Assembly: GCA_963797715.1 (NCBI GenBank)
Contig: CAWCQS010000011.1
Coordinates: forward strand, 120,802 to 184,801
From: an uncultured Acidobacteriota bacterium
GTDB taxonomy: Bacteria; Acidobacteriota; Vicinamibacteria; Vicinamibacterales; 2-12-FULL-66-21
DNA length: 64,000 bases
Direction: 5' to 3'
Shown here one piece after another: positions 55,041 to 64,000 of this stretch. The position numbers were made by a program, and so were the translations under genes. Within the stretch, counting starts at the first letter, position 1, and each line of letters opens with the position of its first letter. The notes under the pieces are model-generated. The model searched no databases and was not told the DNA's origin. It saw nothing but the letters and a program-made list of their open reading frames with translations.

Positions 55041-57512
55041 TCATTCTGGACGCAGCGCGCGGATGGGCTCGATGTTAGCTGCACGACGAGCGGGCACGAT
55101 GCACGCCAATCCAGCGGCGAGAGTGAGCACGAGTGGGACAATCACGAACGTCGTGCGATCGAACGGATCGACGCCGTACAGGATGTTCGACAACAACCTG
55201 ACGAGAACCGCGGCGGCGCCGAGTCCAACCGCGAGCCCGGTTGCCGTGATTGCGACGCCTGACCGCAGGACGAGTCCGACGATGTCTGCCGTTTGCGCAC
55301 CGAGCGCGGTCCGGACGCCGATTTCTCGCGTCCGCTGACCGACACTGTACGACAACACGCCAAAGAGTCCGACGATGGCGATCGCCAGCGCGAACGCGGC
55401 AAATCCACCCAGAACGACCGCGTAAGCGCGCGGGCGCGACAGGCTCGACATCAATCGGTCGTCCATCGTCATCACCGAGTCGAGCACGAGGGTGGGTGCC
55501 TCCTCGCGGACGACGGTGCGAACCGATGCGGCGAGAGCCGCCGGGTCCCCTGCCGCACGGGCGATGAAGAAGACGCTGTCAGGACGCATTTCTCCAAACT
55601 GCCGATACGACGAGAACATCTCGGGCTGTGAGGCGTCGGCGGTGCGGATGAAGCCGGCCGTTTCGAGCCCGCCTTGCTTCATGTCGTCGACGACGCCGAC
55701 GATTTCCCAGTCGGCCTTGCGGTACAGAGAGAGCGAGAGACGGCGTCCAATGGGATCGTCACCAAGATACTGATCGGCGAACGATTGATTGACGACGAGG
55801 GCGGGTTGCGACGACTCCGTGTCGCTGTCGGTGAGGAGGCGTCCTGACCGCAGCCGGAGGCCCATCGTCGTGAAGTATCCAGGCGACACCGTGCGATGGA
55901 ATGCCTGCACCTGCGCCATCGTCGAGGGATCGCGCGGGAGGCGTGCGTTGAATCCCGTCATGCCACCGGCCGAGACGAGGGGCAGCGCGTTGCCGAACGA
56001 CGCCGAGGTGACGCCGGGCAGTGCTCGCAGGCGGTCGGCGATGTTCTCCAGCATGCCCGCGCTTTTCGCAAAGGTCGAACCGGCTCGCAACGGCAAGCGA
56101 GCCGTCAGAAGATTACTGGGATCGTACCCTCGGTCGATGTTGATGAGCGATTGCAGGCTACGGCCGAGCAGGCCGGCACCGATCAGGAGAATGCACGCGA
56201 CGGCAATCTGGCCGGCCATGATGGCGGAACGCAGGCGCGTCGCGGGCGTTCGCAGGCCGCCACCGACCGGCGCCAGGTTGTCATCTGCCAGCGACCGCAC
56301 GAGGTCGATGCGGCGCGTTTGCAGTGTCGGGACCAGCCCGCACACGGCGATTGCCGCGAGCGTCGCCGCCGCGGCGGCAAACGCGACGCCCCAGTCGAGC
56401 GCGATGTCGTTCACGCGAGGGAAATCAGCAGGCAGGATCGACGGCAAGGCCGCGATCAGCAGTTTCGCGCACGCGATACCGAGCGCGCCTCCGGCGCCAC
56501 CGATGAGTGAACTCTCGGTGAGCCAGTGTTTCGCCAGCCGCGTGGTGCTCGCGCCGAGCGCCGCTCTGACGGTCATCTCTCGACGTCGCGACGCGGCTCT
56601 GGCGAGCTGCACGGTGGCAACGCTCGCGAGCGCCGTCGTGAAGAGCAAAAGGACCGCAGCCAACAGCACGCGAATCGCCGGGCGAACCTCGGCGATGACG
56701 ACGTCCAGCGCCGGCGCCGCGGTGATGGTTGGCGGCTCGGCGCTGCCAAATAGCGCCAGCGCCGCAGTCCCAGGGTCGCGTGTATCACGAGCGCGACCCG
56801 TACCTTCGGCGGCCACCTGCGCTGGCGTGACGCCCGCGCGCATCCGGGCGATGGCACCAAAGATCTGGAGTGAGATTCGCGAACCGTCGTCGCTGTGGAC
56901 CGGTGCGATGTAGGCCGGAATCCACGCCTGCGTTTCACGATCGGGGAACACGAACTCGGCCGGCATCACTCCGACAACACTATGGGGTTGATAGTCGACA
57001 TCGACGGAGCGGCCCACGATATCAGCAGCGCCGCCGAAGCGGCGTTGCCAGAGCCCGTGCGACAGGATGATGGTGTCGACCTGCCGGGTCCTGGCGTCCC
57101 GGGGCTCGAAGACGCGGCCGAGAAGCGCGTGCGCGTCGAGGACGCTGAATACCGTAGGCGTCAGACGCCCGAGCCGGATCCGTTCAGGTTCGCCGCGATC
57201 GCTCAACGTACTCGAGAGCGACATCCAACCGCCGATCGCGTCGACGGTGGACGACTCGCGCCAGGCGAGGTAGGTTCCGTTCGTGATGGTCCAGGGGATC
57301 CGGCCGCTGCGGCCTCCACGCCTCTCCTCGAGGCGCACCAGACGATCGGGTTGGCGCCAGGGCAGGGGTTTCATCAGCACGCCGTAGGTCACACTAAAGA
57401 GCGTCGTGGTCGCCCCGACTCCGAGCGCGATGGCCAGCACCGCGAGCGCCACGTAGCCCGGCTCGCGGCGCAGCAGGCGGACGGCGTGCCGGAGGTCCTG
57501 AAGCATCGGCAT
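55041..57512 (-). CDS. ADOP family duplicated ABC permease
   Basis: LQDLRHAVRLLRREPG, REMTVRAALGA, QRTREIGVRTALGA, PARRAANIEP. Confidence 0.93.
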   Translation of the reverse strand: MPMLQDLRHAVRLLRREPGYVALAVLAIALGVGATTTLFSVTYGVLMKPLPWRQPDRLVRLEERRGGRSGRIPWTITNGTYLAWRESSTVDAIGGWMSLSSTLSDRGEPERIRLGRLTPTVFSVLDAHALLGRVFEPRDARTRQVDTIILSHGLWQRRFGGAADIVGRSVDVDYQPHSVVGVMPAEFVFPDRETQAWIPAYIAPVHSDDGSRISLQIFGAIARMRAGVTPAQVAAEGTGRARDTRDPGTAALALFGSAEPPTITAAPALDVVIAEVRPAIRVLLAAVLLLFTTALASVATVQLARAASRRREMTVRAALGASTTRLAKHWLTESSLIGGAGGALGIACAKLLIAALPSILPADFPRVNDIALDWGVAFAAAAATLAAIAVCGLVPTLQTRRIDLVRSLADDNLAPVGGGLRTPATRLRSAIMAGQIAVACILLIGAGLLGRSLQSLINIDRGYDPSNLLTARLPLRAGSTFAKSAGMLENIADRLRALPGVTSASFGNALPLVSAGGMTGFNARLPRDPSTMAQVQAFHRTVSPGYFTTMGLRLRSGRLLTDSDTESSQPALVVNQSFADQYLGDDPIGRRLSLSLYRKADWEIVGVVDDMKQGGLETAGFIRTADASQPEMFSSYRQFGEMRPDSVFFIARAAGDPAALAASVRTVVREEAPTLVLDSVMTMDDRLMSSLSRPRAYAVVLGGFAAFALAIAIVGLFGVLSYSVGQRTREIGVRTALGAQTADIVGLVLRSGVAITATGLAVGLGAAAVLVRLLSNILYGVDPFDRTTFVIVPLVLTLAAGLACIVPARRAANIEPIRALRPE

Positions 57513-58099
57513 GGGCTTCACTGTGCCACAATCGCGCCTTCGGTGGCGCGAGATGAGAAACACAGCGCCATGGGCGAAGGAGGAGTCAGCAACCTCGTGC
57601 TTCGCTGGGTTGCGACGGCGTGCAAGGCGAATCGCCTCCGTGCACGAAATCGTGACAATCGCACGCCATCTGCGTCGATAAGAGCTGAGGTGTGGCGATC
57701 GTCCCCGGGCCGCGCAAATTGCCTCTCGAAGGCGTCGCTCGATTAGGTATCGATGTTTAGGTCCGTGCGGTATCCGCACATTCGAAGGATGCGAACACTG
57801 GCATTTATTTCGCACACGCAACGAACATGTTGTTCGTTCGCACCCTATCCAGTCTTGTTGCGCGAGGCCGCCGGCTCGTAACCAGGCGGCCCAAGAGAAT
57901 TCGCATCTCAGCACGTCGAGCCAGGGCTCTGCTGAAAGCGCTGGGAGAAGATCGACGGCAATCAGAGGTGGCGATGTTCCTCCGTGCCATCGCTGGTTAC
58001 CGGCCTACCACCCAGCGTTCTTGAACTGACGGCCGATTGCCGGCGGGCCAGCGGCTCATCAGTTGGAACCAACCTCAGTTGCCTGGCCCCGCTGTCGAG

Positions 58100-58369
58100 T
58101 CAGCGCCAGCCCCTATCGACGAACGCGGCCTTCCAGGTGTCTGACGTGGTGAGGAGCTCGTCGCTCGTACGACAGACGGCCGAGCGACGAAGGTCAGACG
58201 CGTCCACGAACAACAACAGTTCCCATCCGAGATCGTGCTTTCGCAGTTCGCACCACGCCTGGCGGGCGACGCCGCACGATGTTTTGTGAAGGCGCCATGC
58301 TTCGCCCAGATGAACATCGCCACTGCCATTGTTCTTGCGGGCGCGAACCTCGTCAGCCGGTGGCTGCAT
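58100..58369 (-). CDS. Small hypothetical protein
   Basis: 89-aa ORF with protein-like pattern WCELRKHDLGWELLL...SAVCRTSDELL...WKAAFVDRGW. Confidence 0.55.
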   Translation of the reverse strand: MQPPADEVRARKNNGSGDVHLGEAWRLHKTSCGVARQAWCELRKHDLGWELLLFVDASDLRRSAVCRTSDELLTTSDTWKAAFVDRGWR

Positions 58370-58464
58370 GCCGATAGTCTACTGAACGCGCGTGACAGGG
58401 AAGGTCACGGTCCAGGCCGACCGTCCACTTGACATCCCAGTGCAATCGTGACACTTTCACTTGA

Positions 58465-61194
58465 ATGGCAAGTGAAAGAATACGCCGTTTTGTCCTGAGA
58501 CTGCTGTCGCATGTCCAGTCACGACACGCCGAGCGCGAGCTCACACGCGAGATCGACTCGCACCTGCAGCTGCTCGAAGAGACCTTCCTGGCACAGGGCA
58601 TGAGCGGTGTCGAGGCCCGCCAGGCGGCGCGGCGCGCGTTCGGCGGCGTCGATCAGGCGAAAGAGCGGCAGCGGGACGCGCGCTCGTTCCGGTGGCTCAC
58701 CGGCTGGTCGATGGATCTCCGGCTCGGCGTGCGAATGCTGGTCAAGTATCCCGGGCTGACATCCATTGCGGTCGTTGCGCTGGCCATTGCGATCGGCGCC
58801 GGCGCCGCCTACATGGAGTTCGTCACCGACCTCGCCAATCCCACCTTGCCGTTCAAGGATGCAGACCGCCTCGTCGGCATCGTGAACTGGGATCAGGGAA
58901 GTGGCCGGCCGGATAGGCGCGCGCTGCACGATGTCGCACGCTGGCGGCAGGAGCTGAGAACGGTCAGCGATCTCGGCGCTGCCGCCTCGCTGCAGCGCAA
59001 CCTCATCACAGACGATGGGCGATCGGAGCCGGTGCGAGGCGCCGAAGTCAGCGCATCGGTCTTCCGCGTTATCCCGACGGCGCCGCTGATTGGCCGATCG
59101 CTGACCGAGGATGACGAGCGCGCCGCCGCTCCACCCGTCGCCGTAATCGGCGAGCAGCTTTGGCGCACGCGCTTCGACGCCGATTCCCGGATCCTGGGAC
59201 AACGCATCCGGCTGGCACGGACCGCCTACATCGTCGTCGGAGTCATGCCGCGCTCGTTCGGGTTCCCGGTGAACCAGGTGCTCTGGGTACCGCTCCAGGG
59301 CGCTGGACCCAACTTTGAGCGTGGAGAGGGGCCAGACGTCACGGTGTTTGGACGGTTGGCGCCAGGCGTTGGAGTCGAGGCGGCGCAGGCGGAGTTGAAC
59401 GCACTGGCCGGTCGCGTGTCCGTTGAGACACCCGGAGCGCCGCGTCTGCAGCCGGTGATCAAGCCATACGTGGCGTCGATCTGGTCGACGATCGAGGACG
59501 GGAACATACAACGGATCGTGCTGTACTCGGCCAACGTGCTGTTCCTTGCGCTCCTCGGCATCTGCGGAGCCAACGTGGCTACGCTCGTCTTCGCACGCGT
59601 CGTGACGCGCGAGGCGGAGATCACGATGCGCACCGCGCTTGGCGCTAGCCGCGGACGGATCGTCAGCCAACTGTTCGCCGAAGCGCTGGTGCTTGCGACG
59701 GTCGCAATGGCGGCCGGCCTGGCGATCGCGTCGTTCGCCGGGCACTGGGCCAAAGACAAATTCATCGAGGCGGAACGCTCGACTCCTCCGTTCTGGTGGA
59801 GCGATCAGCTCGCACCCGAGACATGGCTGTACGCGGCCGTGCTCGCCGTCATTGCCGCGGCTCTCGTCGGCGTCGTTCCGGCGCTGAAAGCCACAGGACC
59901 GGGGATGCAGGCACGCCTGAAGACGGCCGGTGCTGCCGGTCCGGGCATGCGATTCGGCGGTGTCTGGACGGTGGTGATCGTCGGGCAGGTGGCCGTGACC
60001 GTCATGTTCCTCTTGACGGTGGTTTCCGTCGGGTGGAACGCCGTTGCGAGTCCCTACGCGTCCGGTAACTTCGCGTTTCGTACCGACAAGTACCTCACGG
60101 TTCGGCTCGAGATGGATCGTGATACCCCTGCCAGCGTGTCTTCCGACGCGGCACGAGCGGAGGATCAGACCCGCGTGAACGATACGTACATGGAGCTCGA
60201 GCGCCGTTTGGAGCTCGAGCCAGCGGTTGCAGCGGTGACACACACGACCCGTCTGCCGGGTGGAGGGTGGCAGTTCATCCTGGACATTCCGGACGCCTCG
60301 CTTCCACCGCGCGACGCGGGCAATCCTCTGTGGGTGCGGAGCGCTTACGTCGGTGCTGATTTCTTCGACGCGTTCCACGCGCCCATCGTCGCTGGCCGCG
60401 GGTTTACAGATGGGGACGCGGCGACGGCGCGGCCTGTCGCCATCGTCGATCGCACGTTTGTCAAAGAAGTGCTCGGCGGCCGCGATCCCATCGGCTTGCA
60501 CGTTCGAGAGAAGGAATCGGAGGAGCGTTCGACAACAACCTCTCGGTGGTACGAGATCGTCGGCGTCGTGGCCGACCTCGGCATTCGTCCCGGCAAGATA
60601 TCCGACGACGCGATGATCTATTTCCCGTCCACAGCCGGAGCGCAACAAGGCCTCACGAACGTCGTCGTGCTGGCGCGGGGCGACGCGTCGTCGCTGCCGG
60701 CAACGGTCGCCCGCATTGCCGCTGAGGCCGATCCCACGTTGCGCTTGTACGACGTGATGTCGCTGACTGACTACTACCGTGTCGAGACGATCGGATACGC
60801 GTTCCTGCTGCGTGCGCTTGCCGTCGTCTCGGCGGTCGCCATGCTGCTGTCTCTTGCAGGCGTCTATGCCTTGATGTCGTTTACGCTATCGCGGCGCAGA
60901 CGCGAAATCGGGATCCGGGCAGCGCTTGGCGCCGCGCCACGTCGGATCGTCACCACGATCTTCTCGCGCGCGTTCCGGCAGGTCGCCATCGGGATCGCGG
61001 TCGGGTGTGTGCCGGGGTACCTGCTGCTATCGCACGGCGCGCCCGAGGTGGCGCGCGGCGGCGGCGCCTTCGTGGCGATGGTCGCGACTGCCGGCGTCGT
61101 GGTGTTCATCGCACTCGCGACCGCGGTGGCATGCGCCGTGCCCGCACGACGTGCGCTGCGCATCCAACCGACCGAGGCCCTACGGGCGGAGTGA
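58465..61194 (+). CDS. ADOP family duplicated ABC permease with permease-prefix domain
   Basis: ELTREIDSHL..GMS..EARQAARRAFGG, DLRLGVRML.KYPG, REIGIRAALGA, PARRALRIQP. Confidence 0.93.
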   Translation: MASERIRRFVLRLLSHVQSRHAERELTREIDSHLQLLEETFLAQGMSGVEARQAARRAFGGVDQAKERQRDARSFRWLTGWSMDLRLGVRMLVKYPGLTSIAVVALAIAIGAGAAYMEFVTDLANPTLPFKDADRLVGIVNWDQGSGRPDRRALHDVARWRQELRTVSDLGAAASLQRNLITDDGRSEPVRGAEVSASVFRVIPTAPLIGRSLTEDDERAAAPPVAVIGEQLWRTRFDADSRILGQRIRLARTAYIVVGVMPRSFGFPVNQVLWVPLQGAGPNFERGEGPDVTVFGRLAPGVGVEAAQAELNALAGRVSVETPGAPRLQPVIKPYVASIWSTIEDGNIQRIVLYSANVLFLALLGICGANVATLVFARVVTREAEITMRTALGASRGRIVSQLFAEALVLATVAMAAGLAIASFAGHWAKDKFIEAERSTPPFWWSDQLAPETWLYAAVLAVIAAALVGVVPALKATGPGMQARLKTAGAAGPGMRFGGVWTVVIVGQVAVTVMFLLTVVSVGWNAVASPYASGNFAFRTDKYLTVRLEMDRDTPASVSSDAARAEDQTRVNDTYMELERRLELEPAVAAVTHTTRLPGGGWQFILDIPDASLPPRDAGNPLWVRSAYVGADFFDAFHAPIVAGRGFTDGDAATARPVAIVDRTFVKEVLGGRDPIGLHVREKESEERSTTTSRWYEIVGVVADLGIRPGKISDDAMIYFPSTAGAQQGLTNVVVLARGDASSLPATVARIAAEADPTLRLYDVMSLTDYYRVETIGYAFLLRALAVVSAVAMLLSLAGVYALMSFTLSRRRREIGIRAALGAAPRRIVTTIFSRAFRQVAIGIAVGCVPGYLLLSHGAPEVARGGGAFVAMVATAGVVVFIALATAVACAVPARRALRIQPTEALRAE

Positions 61195-61232
61195 TGGATA
61201 CAGTGATGTGATCTCTCGCCCAAGTTCCGCGT

Positions 61233-62153
61233 TCACTGCTTCAGCCAGATGTTCCTGAAGTTGATCTTCCCGGTCCCGTATTGCTCGATCTGCAACGCGA
61301 TGACGCCTTTCATCTTCCGAGCGTCCGGGTCGTCGTCTATGAGGACCGCCATGACCTGGCCGTTGACGATATGCGTGAGCTGGTTGCCGCGGGCGATGAT
61401 GTGCAGCGCGTTCCAGTCGCCGCTGACGATCTTCTCCATCAACGCGTCACGATCGCCTAGTGAGCCAATGGAGCGCGGTCGCTTCTCTGGCTCCATTCGC
61501 ACGACGTGGCCGCGCCAGACGATTTGGGTCTCGCTGCGCCCGCCCGTGTCCTGGATGTTGCCGTCGTTGTCCCGCGCGTAGTCGAAGTCGAGCGAGTAGC
61601 CGGTCACGTTCCATTTGGCGTCGGCCGGTACAGCGAACGACGGCTGCGGGCGCGGCGGTGTCGCGCCAGCACCGCGGGCGGGGGCGCCCGGTCGCGGGGG
61701 ATTCGGACCGACCTTCCCGCGGTAGAAGACGCCGCTGTGGATGTCTGAGTCGGCCTTGATCTCGAGCTTTAGTTCGAAGTCCGACGGTTCACCACCGCGC
61801 CAGATGATGTAGGTCGTTCCCAGCCGCCGCTCCGCGGTACTTACCGCGGTGATCGCGCCGTCCTCGACCTTCCAGACCTCCGGGTTACCATCCCAGCCGG
61901 CGAGCGACTTGCCGTCGAAGATTTGCGTCCATCCGGTGTAATCCTTCGCATCGATGGGTTCTGGTGCGAACCCGCAGCCGGGGCATGGTGATTGAAGCGG
62001 GTTCCTCGGCGCGATCCCGGCGACGGATCCCGATTGCGACGGCGATGAAGCCTCGGGCGCGAACATCGCGGGTCGTTCGACCCAGAGATTCAGAAGGGCG
62101 GCGGCACAGACAAGGGCGCTCGTTCGAAGCGCGGTGTTCGCGGGACGGGTCAT
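61233..62153 (-). CDS. DUF1080 (3-keto-disaccharide hydrolase-like) secreted protein
   Basis: WTQIFDGKSLAGW, WKVEDGAI, DFELKLE, SGVFYR, WN..HI, GVIALQ, FRNIWLK. Confidence 0.9.
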   Translation of the reverse strand: MTRPANTALRTSALVCAAALLNLWVERPAMFAPEASSPSQSGSVAGIAPRNPLQSPCPGCGFAPEPIDAKDYTGWTQIFDGKSLAGWDGNPEVWKVEDGAITAVSTAERRLGTTYIIWRGGEPSDFELKLEIKADSDIHSGVFYRGKVGPNPPRPGAPARGAGATPPRPQPSFAVPADAKWNVTGYSLDFDYARDNDGNIQDTGGRSETQIVWRGHVVRMEPEKRPRSIGSLGDRDALMEKIVSGDWNALHIIARGNQLTHIVNGQVMAVLIDDDPDARKMKGVIALQIEQYGTGKINFRNIWLKQ

Positions 62154-62192
62154 GAGATTCAGCTCCGCGTGAATGCTAGTCTAGGGAAGCGG

Positions 62193-63203
62193 ATGGGACA
62201 AACTCTCGCGATTCCGCTCGTGTTCGCGGCTCATATCCTCGCCGCGCCGTCCGGGCAAGTGCCGGCGGCGGGACGTCCCGACGTCGCCTATGCGCCGACC
62301 GCTCCGGTTGTCGTCGACGCCATGCTTCAGGCCGCCGGCGTCAACGCCAACGACATCGTCTACGACCTCGGCTCCGGCGACGGCCGGGTCGTGATCATGG
62401 CCGCGAAGAAGTACGGCGCGCGTGGCGTCGGCATCGAGATCGATCCGGCGCTGGTCAAGAGCTCGCGTCAGGCGGCAATTGAGAATGGAGTCGCCGATCG
62501 CGTCACCTTCGTCGAAGGTGACATGTTTAGCGCTGACATCACACCCGCGACGGTCGTCACGCTCTTTTTGTGGCCGAGCGTGAACAACCGCCTGGAGTCG
62601 AAGCTGCGCTTCGAGCTTCGGCCAGGAACGAGAATCGTCTCGAATACGTTTGGCATCGGCCATTGGCGGCCGGACGAGATCACGCGAGGAGTCGCCGGTT
62701 CGGACGTGTTGCTGTGGCGGGTACCCAGGGCGCCCGCTCGCGTTCCTGACGTCGCATTCGAGCCGACGAGCGACGTGGTCGTGCGCGAGATGTTGCGCTT
62801 CGCCGATGTCACGGCTCGCGACGTCGTCTACGATCTCGGTTCGGGAGACGGCCGCGTTGCCATCGTGGCTGCCCAGACGCACGGGGCGAAGAGCGTCGGC
62901 ATCGAGCTGGATCCGCGATTGATCGACATCTCTCGACAGGTCGCAAACGATGTCCAGCTGGGCGACGCCGTCAGGTTCGTCGAGGGCGACCTGTTTGCCG
63001 TCGACATTTCGGATGCCACGGTCGTGACGCTGGCGCTGTCGCCGGCAGTCAACGCGAGGCTCGAGCCGAAGCTGAAAAAAGAGCTGCGGCCGGGTGCACG
63101 AGTGGTGTCTCATCGCGATCCAGTCGGTAGCTGGTCTCCGGATAAAGTAATGAAGGCCAGCGATGGTACCGAGTTGCTGCTGTACATCGTTCGCGAACGG
63201 TAG
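62193..63203 (+). CDS. Tandem two-domain class I SAM-dependent methyltransferase with hydrophobic N-terminus
   Basis: Two copies of PDVA[YF].PT...ML..A.V...D[IV]VYDLGSGDGR...G..GIE[IL]DP...F.EGD.F..DI..ATVVTL...ELRPG.R[IV]VS. Confidence 0.9.
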   Translation: MGQTLAIPLVFAAHILAAPSGQVPAAGRPDVAYAPTAPVVVDAMLQAAGVNANDIVYDLGSGDGRVVIMAAKKYGARGVGIEIDPALVKSSRQAAIENGVADRVTFVEGDMFSADITPATVVTLFLWPSVNNRLESKLRFELRPGTRIVSNTFGIGHWRPDEITRGVAGSDVLLWRVPRAPARVPDVAFEPTSDVVVREMLRFADVTARDVVYDLGSGDGRVAIVAAQTHGAKSVGIELDPRLIDISRQVANDVQLGDAVRFVEGDLFAVDISDATVVTLALSPAVNARLEPKLKKELRPGARVVSHRDPVGSWSPDKVMKASDGTELLLYIVRER

Positions 63204-63314
63204 CGCCGCCACGAACCGGCCTGATTACAGTTCGCGCCGGTGCCTGTCAGACCTGTGATCAGAACACGAAAAAACCCTGGCAAATCACGTCTTCGCGTCG
63301 GTACGGCGCTTGCC

Positions 63315-64000
63315 ATGACGGATCCGTTTGCTCATCGATTTGCCGTACTCCGCGCCTCTGGCCGCGACGGTGGCCCTGGTGCCCGCCGTCCTTCGCTGGT
63401 GGTGGGGGAGGAGCCTCGCTCCGCTCGCCGACGATCCCGCATTCCCCGAGCGGCTCGTCGCTCATCGGATGAGGGGCGGCCGCAGCTTCGGCGTCTCCTG
63501 TGCGTTGCTGCTGGTCCTCTTCACCGACACGCTGCTCTGGTCGCTGCCGCTCCTCATCCTGTCGTGTACAACCGCGAGCTTCCAGTTCCGGCGAGTGATC
63601 TATCAGGAGAGCTGGGGACTCGGCGCATACCTGTCTTTTGTGGTCCGCGCGATCGTTGCCGTGTTCGGCTTCTGGTTGGTGCTGGCGGCGCTGCCGGCGC
63701 TGGCGTCGCTCGCGGCACCGCGTGATTGGCTCGCGGCGCTGCTGCTTGGCGGCGTCCTGGCGCTTTGGAACGCGCGCTACACCGAGACCGTACGGTTTCT
63801 GCTGCGCGCGAAGCCCGTAGACCACCCGGTGCTCGCCGAAAGGTTCGTCGCGCTGGCACAGGCGAGTACTGCGGGGATGCCGCACTTCGAGCAAGTGACG
63901 CTCGGCGGCGGCGCCATTGCCAACGCCATCGCGTTGCCGTCGGTTGCACGTTCCGCCGTGCTCTTCACCGACACGCTCCTCTCACGGCTCGACGAGAACG
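63315..64000 (+). CDS. Probable M48 (HtpX/Ste24) membrane metalloprotease, partial (runs off window; likely frameshift ~63328)
   Basis: Multi-TM open frame LVPAVLRWWWG...; ANAIALPS...AVLFTDTLLSRLDEN, typical of the segment just before the M48 HExxH; the motif itself lies outside the window. Confidence 0.6.

Noticed and set aside
41985-61194. Three ABC permeases without ATPase as a novel transporter
   Set aside because: Matches the known, highly expanded ADOP orphan permease family of Acidobacteria

Overview
High-GC bacterial chromosomal DNA, most likely Acidobacteriota (Vicinamibacteria-like). This is inferred from two Acidobacterial-type VWA proteins, three ADOP duplicated orphan permeases, a kinase-PD40 fusion and many secreted enzymes with Gly/Arg-rich inserts. 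About 48 CDS are present. I recognised no rRNA, tRNA, CRISPR array or intact mobile element. Many genes are split by single-base indels, densest at ~20.7-27.4 kb and ~31-33.8 kb, which look like long-read consensus errors rather than biology. Most interesting: a stand-alone fused secDF is preceded by an apparently leaderless 114-aa signal-peptide ORF ending RSGPVYLRHTPLLI*. Its last codons are complementary to the secDF Shine-Dalgarno, the layout of a ribosome-arrest 'monitoring substrate' with a non-canonical motif. Other highlights are a galB/galC aromatic catabolism cluster with a VOC extradiol dioxygenase and a tannase but no galA/galD, a signal-peptide-bearing type II dehydroquinase, an exported LMW-PTP-like protein with CX5K, a sigma54-type promoter upstream of a PLD-CBM96 fusion, and a tandem palindromic BlaI operator. 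All calls are from reading the sequence; no searches or folding programs were run.
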